A stretch of DNA of 63,615 bases, counting the filler, from Lenisia limosa (lineage: Eukaryota; Protista; Breviatea), in the NCBI GenBank assembly GCA_001655205.1. It is 7 parts of 7 records of this genome, joined end to end, with 100 filler letters (N's around TTAATTAATTAA, not from the genome) between each part and the next. Parts side by side here need not be neighbours in the genome. Positions count along the whole stretch, not along the records: positions 1 to 27,084 come from LPNZ01010993.1; 6 more parts are not named here. One strand, written 5' to 3'. This document shows positions 1 through 12,700 of this stretch, piece after piece (the first letter of the stretch is position 1; every line of letters starts with the position of its first letter). A model generated the notes under the pieces. That model ran no database searches. It was given only the letters and a program-made list of their open reading frames with translations, and was not told where the DNA came from. The translations under genes were made by a program, and so were the position numbers.

Positions 1-3000
1 AGATCTTGCGTTGGTTTCGCGCGATCCATTGCGAGCCCCCCTTTGCATTCGGTGATTGACCACATTAATGACTTTTGTCATAAATAGCGGTGAAGACAGT
101 GCTGTGATGTGAGAGAACTGCCAATTGTCATTCGAATTAACCCCACCGAATATTTTTTTTTTTTACCAAAATCAGTGTTAAACTGAAATTGATTATTAAC
201 GTTAACACGAATATACCCATGAAGAGGAAGCAGACCCAGTAATAACCGCAAACCTTCTTCTTGTTCCGCCTCACGCATTCGTAGCCTAGACTCCAAATTG
301 AGCTGGCCGATTTCATGCAAATCATCGAAGTCGTCTCTAACCCTCATTATCTGCAGTTGTTAACCTCATTCTCTGCATTTGTTAACCTCATTATCTGTAT
401 TTGTATATTTTGTCTCTCTCATGGATAGACCGAACAGAGTACTACCGCCTTTCCCACTTCTTCTGGTACGGGGTTAACATCCACTTCGCAGAAGCCCTCT
501 GCTGTGGATAGTAGAGGCCCTTTTGCTACTAAATCTTGCAGTTGCCTCGTTTTAGTACCCTCAGCAGCGAGCAAGGCGTCTGGCAAACTGGAGAGTTTAG
601 CACAATCATTGCGACAACGAAAACAACAGTCCCGTTCCAACGAAACCCCCCCTTCCCACTCCTCGAAGTTGTCAGTGGAAAGAACTGCCTTGGAGAGCGA
701 CGATTTACCAAGGCCCATTGTGCTCTGAAGGTGATTAGTGTGATGGCAAAACTGAGATTTCTCTGGTTGAATATGATCTAAAATGCAGAAGTATGAGCCG
801 AAAGCCTACCACAGCCGGCAACATCCCAGAGGGGGTCAGGTCTAGAGGATTCACGCTCAGAAGCCATTCGGCATGGTAAAACCCTGGAAAATAAGACATA
901 CTATATAAACAAGGTGCGGAATTTCCTTGCCGTTTCAACTGGACACTCACTTTTTGGCAATCTTGACATTGGGGTAATGGAGGGTGAGCCTGTATTACTG
1001 AACAAATAAGACAACCATAAATGATGCGTGGTGCTGGTGGCGATGGTGTAACCAATGAAGGCGATAATAAATTGGGATGAAACTGAACTTCTTTAATTAT
1101 TTGACCCAAATTCTCTGGACTATTTCTCATTTCGTACCTGTGAGGCGGATAAGTCAACGCTTGTTCTCTTCTCAGATANNNNNNNNNNNNNNNNNNNNNN
1201 NNNNNNNNNNNNNNNNNNNNNNNNNNNNNNNNNNNNNNNNNNNNNNNNNNNNNNNNNNNNNNNNNNNNNNNNNNNNNNNNNNNNNNNNNNNNNNNNNNNN
1301 NNNNNCCATCACTCCAGCGGTAATAAAAAAAAAATTATGAAAAACCAAAATCAACACTGCTGGTTTCAAAAGGATGAAGCATAAGCTGCATCAAACTAAC
1401 AATGCAGATCAAAGTGAACAATTTGAACCTATCGGTACACTGAACAAACACCCTTATCATGAACAGCCACGAGCATACTTGTCATGTGCCTTTTTGATTT
1501 GCTCAGGTTCAAGTGAACCGTGATGGCCGTCCTCCACTAATATGTCAGTGGTTTATCGGTTCTGATATCATTCCACCTGTACATTTTAAAATCAAGAGAT
1601 AAATGAGTCACTACAACTCACTGTTTTGATGAGTGAATAGAACGCCTTTCCGAATATCAGCTGACCGTCCTACTTGTCATCAGTTCAAGACAATGGGAGA
1701 TGAATTGGGTCGATATTTCCACGTTGAATAAATTCTCAATAAGTCACTAGCAGATAACCAACCTTTTGACCGCTCAAGAGCAACAACCCCTCTTATTCGA
1801 AGGTCTTCGTGCACTACACCGTTAAGACAATAGCCAAAGAATAACGTGACAGTACACCTCAAACCTATCATCAGCTGTAGAGGGAACAAGTCACAGGTTT
1901 CGTGTGTGTCTGCGATTACCTACAGGAACGTCACAACAGCGCATATACCCACACACAATGATCATATCACAGCCCATATATCAATCCTCTGTGAGGTCAC
2001 ACCGTATGTTGGTCCACCCCCGGGAGTCTTTGNNNNNNNNNNCTGGGGTCCCTCTGGGGGGAACTTGGCTTGGATGGCAGGTTACCCAGGCTTGACCTGA
2101 GTGGTTAAATAAAAAACTGAACTTCATTATTGTAGTCTTCTATTCAAGGTCTGAGCATAATGTACACTTGTTGAATATGGGAATCTGCCAAAGCAACGCA
2201 CCCCTTCTTTTGAACAGTTGGTGTTGGAAGTCCCAAAGAGGACATTCGTCTCGGTAACTGCTGTGGAAGGGGATCATCTGCCGTGTTATTGTCATGTCCG
2301 AAAACGACGAGCATTGATCTTTCAATAACTTAATTAACCACTGAGCACATTCAACAAAACTCAAAGCTCACAAGTGCTGTTAAGGATGGAGGTTGAGAAG
2401 TTGGAGCGGAGANNNNNNNNNNNNNNNNNNNNNNNNNNNNNNNNNNNNNNNNNNTGACTCTTCAAACAAGTTTGGAAAATGATAACCAGAGAATGTAATG
2501 ATTGCCATCACTCCTCACCGTGATGGTGTTGGAGTAATATTGGCTGACGATCGCGTGGACCTTGTTCCTCTGAAAGAAGTAAGACCTCAAGTGAAAACGT
2601 TCGGAATTATTAAGCTCATCCTCATACCCAGCCCGTTCGATCATATCCATGTTGCCTCGGCGCATGTGACTTGGCGTGGCTACACGCGATGCAGCTAATG
2701 ACGCCGCCGTCGGTAGTGACGGCTCAAAGAGATCTTTTATTGAGGAGGTCGTCAGCCTGGAGTTGGACCTGAATGGTGAAAACCTGTTATGCTTTATGTT
2801 AATACTCTACTAATGCTGATCTGAGATAATATAATAATAAGAACTGAGAAATTGAAAAACGCTAACAAACAAATCACCTTCTAAGGGACGCTGTGGACTC
2901 GCCAAGAGTACGAATCCGACTGCTGCTTCCTGGACAATCAATCACCAAAAGAAATGGGAGAAGAGCTACCATTTACCCCTCAGACGTTGTTGTGTATTGT

Positions 3001-3778
3001 TTATATTTGGAAGACAGCCTTGCTCATCTTCAGATGGTTCCTTCATCATTTTACCAGCACTAAAAAGTAAAAATTATATTAGAGCTTAAAGGATGTAACG
3101 AAAATAGTTTTGGTGGTACTGAGCCACGCACCGCTTCAGCTGAGGCCCCAACGACGCCATCATAGACCGCATTCGCTTCTGCGCGTCGTCAGTCGCATGC
3201 TCAGTCGGCAGATTCAGCCGGTCAACTCGGCTCTGGGAACGTCAGAGGGGGGACGGGTTGCATAAAAATGATCCCTCCTTCAAAGAAGGTTGAGAAGGTT
3301 TAGAAAAGAAAACAAAAATGTCATATTGACATGTCGTAGTTTGAAGAAAAAACCATTAAGTGTTCAAAGTGGCTCCTCTCTCAAATATGGTCTTTGGCAG
3401 CTTGGTATGCTACAGATAAATGTAGCACTCACCGGTTTCGAATATTCAAAGCCCAAATTATTACATTGTTGGCCCTCAAAAAAAAAAAAAAAANNNNNNN
3501 NNNNNNNNNNNNNNNNNNNNNNNNNNNNNNNNNNNNNNNNNNNNNNNNNNNNNNNTTACTAATATATATGAGATGCCCCAAAAAATCCCTCAATGTTCAA
3601 TAAAATAATGCTGATCACAGGGTAGAAGAGTGGCAAACCTGGACGAGAGGGTCAAGTGTAGAGAATTCTTGGACCTAAAAATATCAACGACCATATTAAT
3701 AGCTTTTTTTATTACCTTTAACGAATCCCAGATGGGGGCATGGGTGTCTAAGTTGACTGAGTTGTCCATTGTGACCAT
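1..3778 (-). CDS. Multi-exon gene, runs off the left edge; probable membrane protein, possibly class III nucleotide cyclase-like
   Basis: Hand-spliced GT-AG exons read MVTMDNSVNLDTHAPIWDSLK|VQEFSTLDPLVQ, SRVDRLNLPTEHATDDAQKRMRSMMASLGPQLKRCVA, RFSPFRSNSRLTTSSIKDLFEPS, hydrophobic FKLFTLICIVSLMQLMLHPFE and IIAFIGYTIATS, then ESRLRMREAEQEEGLRLLLGLLPLH (about 215-340). The last resembles the helix that precedes adenylyl/guanylyl cyclase catalytic domains. No catalytic motifs seen; several exon phases are uncertain. Confidence 0.45.
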
Positions 3779-4114
3779 TTCCCGTACACAGTCTTCACTA
3801 AAAAGGGATCCCCAACCTTAGTTATTAACAAAACAATAACAAAAAATAAATACGCTCATAGTATTCATCATCATGAGGTTTACAACGAAAAAAAAATCAA
3901 AATTCAATAAAACCGATCTACTGGATCTACTATACTGAGGCTGTTCAAAAATATCATGTATCACACACATATCAATTGCATCATATCACATACATGTCAT
4001 CATATTGCTAACCCCACCTCACGCCAGCAAAATATATTTTCATATCTCTCTCTCTCTCTCTCTCCCATATCTACATCAGTTTACATGGTAAAATAGCCTT
4101 GGAGTTTCACCAAT

Positions 4115-6767
4115 ATGAGTGCAAGAAACCCTTTTGATATGATGATGGGGTATGTGTAAGAGTCTGTCTCACTGGCATGCCATTCCAACCAGTTTTACGC
4201 TACAGTGCAAGCAAGCCCAAACCTAAGCCCAAGCCAAAACCAAAGCCAAAAGTGACTGGTATCGTTTCAGACGTTTCAACTGACCAGAGTACCAAGCAGC
4301 ACCCTTTCTTTTCCTCCCATGGCAGAGGTTTGTTTGCAGACTGAAGAAGTGATAAATCAAGCACAGAACAATAATGAAATAAATCCTATTAATTTGGATA
4401 GTTTAGCATGTAATTCAATATGAAATATGGCGTTAGTGAGAAGTACTAACTGCGCAGCTGAAATGCAAGTGACACAAGCCAAACAGAAGAAGTCTGAGAA
4501 AATCAAACATACTGAAAGGAAATGGGCTGTTTTAAAATATGACCTTAGGAAAGTTGGTTGGATAGCATATCTTATTTAACCTTGATTTTGGACTCGCAAT
4601 CATCTTTTAACTCTTTTGCAGTCTGAAAATGCTGTTTCATGGGAGGATGTTCCAGAAGACAAAGCGCAAAGCTGGGACACGACAGAATCAACCAGGTGAC
4701 AGTGATTTCTATACCTTTACTTTAATCTTAAATAGACTGCATTTCTACCTGTTTTTATTTCTCATCTCTACTATAGTGTATGTCTTTCTCATCTTTCTTT
4801 ATGATTTTTTGGGCTCTGAGTAACTACTGTGTTCAGTGACTTTGTGACCTGTTTTGACCTGAATGCTGCTGCGTTTGGTGTCACCGTTCATGTTCGGGTT
4901 GAGGCTTCTGGTGGGTGTTTTCTTTGATATCTACACTACATGCTATCACCAATTCTCTCGAGTTAGAATTACAGTTCAGGTGTTCCACCGTCACCTATCA
5001 ACCTTTCCAACCCTGATTATGCACTTTCATGCCCCACTCCACGGTACTTTGATGGCTTTACTGACTCGTTGCTGACAGCAGCCTTCACATCACAATTCCA
5101 GAACGTGCAGCCATAGACCAAGTGTTATAAAAAGCAGTGTGCAAAAATCGGTGAGAAGAAGTCTACCCAAACAAGCCACGAGATGTGCTGTCAATTTCTT
5201 TCAAAGGTAATCCTTGTTAAAATGGTGTAATAATGTGTTTTTACTTTCAAGATTTGGTCCTGTGGATATCTTCCGAAGGGTTCCGATTATTGCCGTTGAA
5301 GATGCTGTTGCCCATGTCAAGCTTCCCAATGTTATCGCAGCTGTATGCTGGTGAAAATGTTTTATCTCTTTTTAGATGGTACTTTGTTCGAAAGACTGCA
5401 ATTTGACCGAACAAGCCATAAATGACCTCCTTGAGGTTTGACCTTTTGTAAATATTGCATTTTCAATATAAGATTCTCATTTTACTGGTTACAGGTAATT
5501 GGCCATTCAGCCATGGTTCCAATCAAGGATGCTGTTTTTAGTAACTCTCAGAGAGTCAAGGTACGATATATGTACATACTATTGTGTTAGTTCCGATATG
5601 TGTGCAGCAGTGAGTATTTCATTACTAACCTGACAGCCGAGTTATGATGATATAATGAACCTCCCGTCTCATGAACGAGTGTTCATTATGAGCTTACTAA
5701 TTAGAGCATCTTTTGGTGGTAAGCTGATTACGAACTAATATTCGGATAAATCACACATGATGAGTGAATGGACTGTGATTCAAATCTCTCATTACTGGTA
5801 TTTAGGGATGTCTTTTGACCAGAGTTTGTTGCATCGAGCTGTTGAGGTTTGGTACGCACGGTTCTCTGGGCAGTCGTCACCTCCACCAAGCCATGCGTGA
5901 GCACTATCTACATCATGGGGCACTTGATACCATTTTCACTTTTTACAAACAGCATTTCACAATACACTGATATTAAACCAGCAGGAGGGATGACAAAGTT
6001 AGCAGCTGGTGGTTGTACGTTCAAGACTTATCTCTTGAAGCCTTCACCACTCTACCAGGTACGATAAATGGGTAGAACATGAAACCTTGGTCTGTTCACT
6101 CATTGACATACAGAGGTTTTTCCTGCCTCCGAGACCGACGTTCTTTTGGAGAGTATTGACTTTCATTGCTCAAGTATTGTGGGTGGGGGATCTTAATCAA
6201 CTAGTATTCAAGATAGTAGCCACCCGTCCTACCTTGACTTACCTTTATCTTCAGACAGAGACTCTCTCAGAACCAACCTGTCCTGACTATTCTCATGTAA
6301 AATCAATCTTGCTCCAGAACGGATTTGTAGGCGATTTGCTTTGCTTCATACTCATTGTCTTCTGTAGTCACCAAACAAAGAAAGCCTTAACAAGATCATG
6401 TGGACTTGTAGATCAGGCTACACCAATAAGGCTGATTTGATGTCTGGACAACTCGTGGGGGGGGGGNNNNNNNNNNNNNNNNNNNNNNNNNNNNNNNNNN
6501 NNNNNNNNNNNNNNNNNNNNNNNNNNNNNNNNNNTGAATCCTTATCCTTGATAAACATCAATTTTATCAATGCGTACTTCTGTCTCATTAAATATTTAGT
6601 ATGAAGCACCACCTGTGAATATGACCAAGGTGAGATGTCAAATTATTACATTGTCAAATTTTTTATCTTATCGTAACTCTTTCGTCAATCCCCAGGCCTA
6701 CGAGGTTCTTGGGCCCATTTTTGACACATACTGCCGAAGGGAGAGAGCAAAAGGGATGAAACGGTAG
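4115..6767 (+). CDS. Multi-exon protein with a RarA/MgsA/WRNIP1-like post-AAA+ helical domain, no ATPase motif seen
   Basis: Exons read MSARNPFDMMM, KPKPKPKPKPKV, PSVIKSSVQKSVRRSLPKQATRCAVNFFQR|FGPVDIFRRVPIIAVEDAVAHV, SLLIRASFG|GMSFDQSLLHRAVEVW, LLESIDFHCS and final YEVLGPIFDTYCRRERAKGMKR*. The KS.R ... RR..IIA.ED spacing matches the RarA helical domain consensus as I recall it. Confidence 0.6.
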
Positions 6768-6970
6768 TTTGAACCCACTGCTCAAATAACATTACGTGAA
6801 AGGCGACAACCTAAAGACACCAATTGTCCTTAAATTTTTTCTTTTGCTTGTTGTTTCTTTTCAATACACCTTTCCCCAAGCAGCATACCTCCCTCTTATC
6901 TCTTCCCATGCCAAGATTAAGAATTCTATCTGTACGATACAGAAAATAACGGCTATTCATCAATTTGGCG

Positions 6971-9371
6971 CTAACACTTCATACGGAAGTCAGCGTCAAA
7001 GACATCCTTCTGTTAGAGTGAGTACAGGGCAACATTTTTAATCACAACGTGAAACCAATCGAATCATTTCGGCACATTCACGAAAACCCCCAGTATATTC
7101 AAGTACAGTCACCAGAGAGAAATGAAATAGAATAAGCACTACCCACAACGAAGAAGCTTTCGGATCTCAGGAGTCTACGAGGGTGCGGTAGTTTATCGAG
7201 GGTGTCCATGTCATCGTCAGTTAACTCCAGTTCAAGAGCCTGGAAAATGAGCTTCTTCTAACGTTGAGATGCCATGTTGCGGAACAATTAAATATATGGT
7301 AGGGTAGTCAAAGCATTTCTTGTGTATTTGAAAAGTCCTTGGTCGCAACGCGAACTGCAACTTGGGGGGGGGGGGGTAGNNNNNNNNNNNNNNNNNNNNN
7401 NNNNNNNNNNNNNNNNNNNNNNNNNNNNNNNNNNNNNNNNNNNNNNNNNNNNNNNNNNNNNNNNNNNNNNNNNNNNNNNNNNNNAAATCTCGCGTCACAT
7501 ATGCGACTTTGAACATAGGTTATTTCCCTATACCTTGATGTTGTCTTGAATTCTTGAAGGAGTGACGGATTTGGGGATGACAATTACCCCTCGCTTCAGG
7601 TTCCACGCCAGACAGACTGCCGCAGGCGAAGTGTCGTGTGTTTCGGCCACTTCCACCGTCTGAAGCTGTAAGAATCTCTTGTGACTGAACTACAGCTGCA
7701 TCACGGCTTCACAGATATCGAAAAGGATCATAAGCCCAACCTGAGGCATTCCCAGCAGGGCGTCAAAGTGGGCCATTTTTTCAATGACTCCGTTGCCCAA
7801 TGGCGAGTACGCTGTTACCTGAAAGGTCAACATCACAATACTACTTCACTGTAGGGAGGCAATCATGACACTCCCACCCACAGCAATATCCTTCTCTTTG
7901 CAGAACTTCAAAAGGTCATTTTGGGGGAGAAGGGGGTGGTTTTCAACCTATATAGTGAATGGGGTGGAAAAGAAAACAAAAGGAAAAACAGAGCTTCACT
8001 TCAGTTTAAAAAGATGATACAATTCAGTGAGTTTCTGAATGTAACATACACAACACGAGTTCACTATGAGCCACTATGTGAATACTATTAATCACCCACA
8101 CATACCTGGTTAACAGCAGGCTGGATGTTACAGAATGACAGGATCTGGTCAATCACCTGAATAGGATCAGAGTGCTATCTTAGAAAGCACACAACCCGAA
8201 ACGGTTGGATCGAAACACGTCAAACCGCTTGCCTTACACCCCCCTCACTTGAGGCGTAAAGTTTGACACACCAATGTGCTTCTAAAAAGGGTAAATAGAT
8301 GGGAACGCTCAAGTTGAAACCCAAAGTGTACCCCTCACATACCACAAGGCCATCCTCAACCAATTTCTCCATTTCTGCCCATGTTTCTTTGATAGAGGTA
8401 GTTTCATCGAACACTGGGGTTTCTACGTTTGATAAGAGTATGATTGTTGCTAATCCACATTGAAACCACTCTTTCCGAAATCGTGGATAGTCCAACCAAC
8501 CTCCAAATTCATAACTGTCAAACGCAAGAGGCCAATGAAGGAGATACAGATCAAGGTAGTCAAGGTTCAGGTCCTGAACCATGTCAATAGCTTCAACCAA
8601 GGTGCTGCGACTGTTCATTTAACCCTCCTTTACCTTAAGAGTTTTCTCACAGGCGGGCCTAACCTTTTCGGGCTTCTGCTCCGTATTCCTGGAGGATTCA
8701 ATAATTTCCACCGCTTATCATATTATGTTCCACATTGTACCGAGAGAAAAAAGGTAATAATTTCGACTAAGCAAAATCATCTTACCAATTATACAACTAT
8801 TTTAACGATCTAACGTATCTAATCTAGACTCTTGACCAACCAGAGCTTGGAAGTCACCCAAAGATTTTCACGTTTAATGGTGTTTTTGGTCAGCTCTTCC
8901 CCAATTGCCTAAAGCGTGATTTTTGGATGTAAATAACCAAATTGTCATTGTGCGCTTCTTTAAAAGATTTCTCAACATACCTCTCCAACTTCTTCTTCGT
9001 TACCATAGATTGCAGCACAGTCAATGTGTCCTAAAAAGTGAACCAAGATCCCCAGTGAAAATGAAGGCTTGCAGCCAATATCTTTTGCCTTTTATCCACA
9101 AACTGTATCCAGCGTTAAGTGCAATCTTCACGGCCTTGCCAACTTCACCCTTGGCACTTTGCCAGGTTCTGAAGATCAATTCAAGGGAAGACAAAACAAA
9201 ACTCAAATTCATCACCCCAATTCAAGTTTTCTCTATAGGTTATTCATAGCTCAAGCGTCGGAGTACTAAGAGGCCAACTTTATCGCATTCACTGAAATAA
9301 GCCCCTTACCCCAATCCAAATTGAGGCATGCTGACGCCCGTAAACAGTTTTACAAACTTCTGGCTAATCAT
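6971..9371 (-). CDS. Aldo-keto reductase (AKR1-like NADPH-dependent oxidoreductase), multi-exon
   Basis: Spliced MISQKFVKLFTGVSMPQFGLG|TWQSAKGEVGKAVKIALNAGY..., RENLWVTSKLW|NTEQKPEKVRPACEKTLK|DLNLDYLDLYLLHWP, SIKETWAEMEKLVEDGLV, LELELTDDDMDTLDKL, ...KDVFDADFRMKC*. These are canonical AKR motifs. Confidence 0.92.
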
Positions 9372-9792
9372 ATTTAAATAAAAAAGAGGCTGAATATCGT
9401 TGAGAGTTGGATATTTCGGTGAAAAGAGAATGCTGTATAACACCCTCGAAGAATCATATAAAAATGACAGAAATGACCTCGATATCTTCTTCTACTCCTC
9501 TTTTCCCCTTTATTTACGGCTAAAAAGCTGAAAACAACAATCGACTCACTTAAGTATTAGTCCCTGCAAAACCGAACGATTACACAACGATCTATTCAAA
9601 GTTGGTTTTGGGATTGTTTGTTTGATAATTGGGAACTATAAGTATAACCCATGGTAGGGTACATGATGCAAAAATGATGGAATAATGGTTGGGGGATGGT
9701 AGATATCGTCAAAGTGGCATAGTACATACACTAAACGCACTTTCTAAATAATTCAGTCCTTTTCTTGTCATTTGAACCCTCATTAAGTGCAA

Positions 9793-12700
9793 ATGGATCT
9801 TGACTACCCAGACCCTCCAAGTGAGTGGGGTTATTTACATTGAACTGACGTCGTATTATATTTCTAATGTTGGTATCCTTTCGATTCTTTCTCCTTACTC
9901 ATGATTATGATTCAGCCAAAAGCAGTTTACATATTTTGTGAATAGTATATGATATCGATATCATATGACGTGTTCCTTCCTTTCAATGGAGTGACTGCAT
10001 AAGATTTCCAAGTGGAGTCATTGGAATCAGATATTGAAGCAGAAGATGAAATCTACTATGATGATAATCTTCCACTGGCTGAGGAAAATGAACATAATGG
10101 AATTGAAATAGACGTTGAAGAGCAGTATCAGGTTTGTTATTTTCCTCACCGGCTTCAATCTCAAACAAATTCTGCTCAAATGCAGCTGGTGGAAGAATCC
10201 CAAATGGAGTTTGAAGCTTCATATTTGGCCAAAGTTTCAAGTCAAATCAGTACAAAGTTAATGGAAGATTGTGAAGACAATCCGAATGGTATGGAGGAAT
10301 CAACATCTGAGACCAATGATCTCAAAAAACCCGCCCCTCATGAATTATCTACTAAAGTAACCACAATTCTTGTTGCCAAAGAAAAAATCCAAGCAAAAGA
10401 AAAGAACAATTCCAGGATGGATGATGATCAAGATGAAGAAGAATCAATCGAAGAGATGAAAATGAAAGTTGCACAAGGTTTTGAAAGAAAAGAGAAGGAA
10501 GAAGAAAGCGAAAAGGAAATTCAGAAAGAAGATTTTGAAGAGAAAGATGAGAAGATTGTTGACGATGTAGTTGTTGATGAGAGCATTGGTGACTCGAAAG
10601 AATGCGAATTTGTAGAAATGGAAGGAAATACAAAAGATGAAGTAAAAAAATGTGCCGAAGAACAAGATAAAGTTGAAGTAGCCAACGGTGAAGAGTTTGA
10701 AGGAAGCACATATAAACAAGATACAGAAAAAATGGTTGAAGAAGAACGAAAAGACAAGTATCAAGAAAGCAAATATGATGAAAAAGAAATAGCATCTGGT
10801 GAAATAGAAGTTGAAAAAGCTTGTGAAAAATGTGAACATGCTGATGAAAGTAAAGATGAAAAAGTAGAGGAAGACAAGAATGAAGAAATTGTTGATGAAG
10901 AAAAAAACAAGTATGACAATTTTACAGAAAGAAGTGATTGCATTGAAGTGGAAGAAGGCGCTGAAAAACAAAGCAAAGTAGCAGTAATAAAAGACACGAG
11001 AGCAGATGCTGATGAGAAGAAAGATGAAAGGAAAGATGCTAAACGTGTGCAAGATGGCAAAAATGAAGAAATGAAAGGAACTACCTTGATTCATACAATC
11101 GATGATACCACTGTCTGTACAGTTGAAGAAATTCAATCAATTAAACATACTGAACCTAAAGTTGAAGCAGTACCTTATCTTGAAATGAAGACACCTGAAA
11201 ATTCAGACTGCGATGCCAAGGTTGAATCTCAGAATGTTAAATACAATCCCAAAATACAACAAGAAGAAGATGGTGACAAAAAAGAAGATAATGATTTGGT
11301 TGAAGAGAAGAAAGATATGATAAAGGAAAAGGGCGAAGAATCTGTCCACGAGGCAGCTGGAGTCAAGAAAGAAGAACGTATTTCAGAAGAAAGAGAGCAA
11401 ACGAAAGAACAAGAAGTAATATCTTCAACCAATGAGAATGAGTCTTGCCCCTCTTTTGAAGCACGGTGTTCACAAAGTCATTCGATTTTCGATGTTATTC
11501 TTGGGGACCTTTTAGAGAGAGATGAACACCAAGAGCCCGTTGATGGGAGGGTGACTCGAAAACTCTTACCAAAACGGGAAACAAATGACATTGTTGATGA
11601 AATTTTCGTGGAAGAGGATGACATTGCTATTTTCGAAGTGGACGAAGATCCGAGACCTGAACACGAAAACGAAGAAGAAAAGAAGTCTCAGATGAAGGAA
11701 AAAAAGAATGAAATGCCACAAGAGAATGAGAAGGAACAGGAAAATGAAGGAATTGAATACAGAATGAAAGAAGACATGTTGGAAGAAATGAAAGAAGACA
11801 AGTTGGAAGAAACGAAAGATGGAAAATATGAAACGAAGGACGAAATGAAAGAAGAGAAGGAAGAAGAGGCGATGGAAGGGGGAATGAAAGAAGAGAATGA
11901 AGAAAAGAAAGAAAAGGGAAAAGAAGTGAAAGAAAAGAAAGAAAAAAAGGAAGAGATAAAATATGAAATGAAAGAAGGGAAAGAAGACAAGGAAGAAGAG
12001 AAAGAAGAAATGAAAGAAGGGAAAGAAGACAAGGACGAAGAGAAGGAAAAAATGAAAGAAGAAAAGGAACAAGAGATGAAAGAAGAAAAGGAACAAGAGA
12101 TGAAAGAAGAAAAGGAACAAGAGATGAAGGAAGGAACGGTAGAAAAGGCAGAAGAGATGAAAGAAGAAAAGGAAAAAGAGATGAAAGAAGAAAACGATGA
12201 AGAGAAAGACAAAGAAAAGGAAGAAATGAAAGAAGAAAAGGAACAAGAGATGAAAGAAGAAAAGGAAGAAGAAAAGGAAGGAATGGAAGAAGATATGAAA
12301 GAAGAAAAGGAACAAGAGACGAATGAAGAAAAGAAAGAAATGAAAGACGAAGATAAAGAAAAAGAGGAGGAGGAAAAAGAAAAACACGTTGTAGTAAAAG
12401 AAGACAAGGAAGAAATGAGACAAGATAAAGGAGAAGAATTGAAAGAAGACAAAGAAGGAAAAATGAAAGAAGAAAAAGAGGAAATGGCAGATGAGGTGTT
12501 TTCTGAAGAGAAGGTAGCAGCACAAGTTGAGGAAAGGAAGGAAGGAATGCAATTTGAAAATGAGAAGACAAAACAAAAGGAGGAAGAATATTCAGAGAAT
12601 GGAGATAAACCGCCTGAACTAGCAGAAGAAGAATGTGAAAAAGAAGTGCAGATTAATGAGGAACTGAATAGAGTGGGAGAAGGAATAAACGATGGAAGCA

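Noticed and set aside
1-3063. Plus-strand gene built from the short ORFs at 504-728 and 2498-2698
   Set aside because: The minus strand gives consistent GT-AG exons and more protein-like sequence over the same interval.
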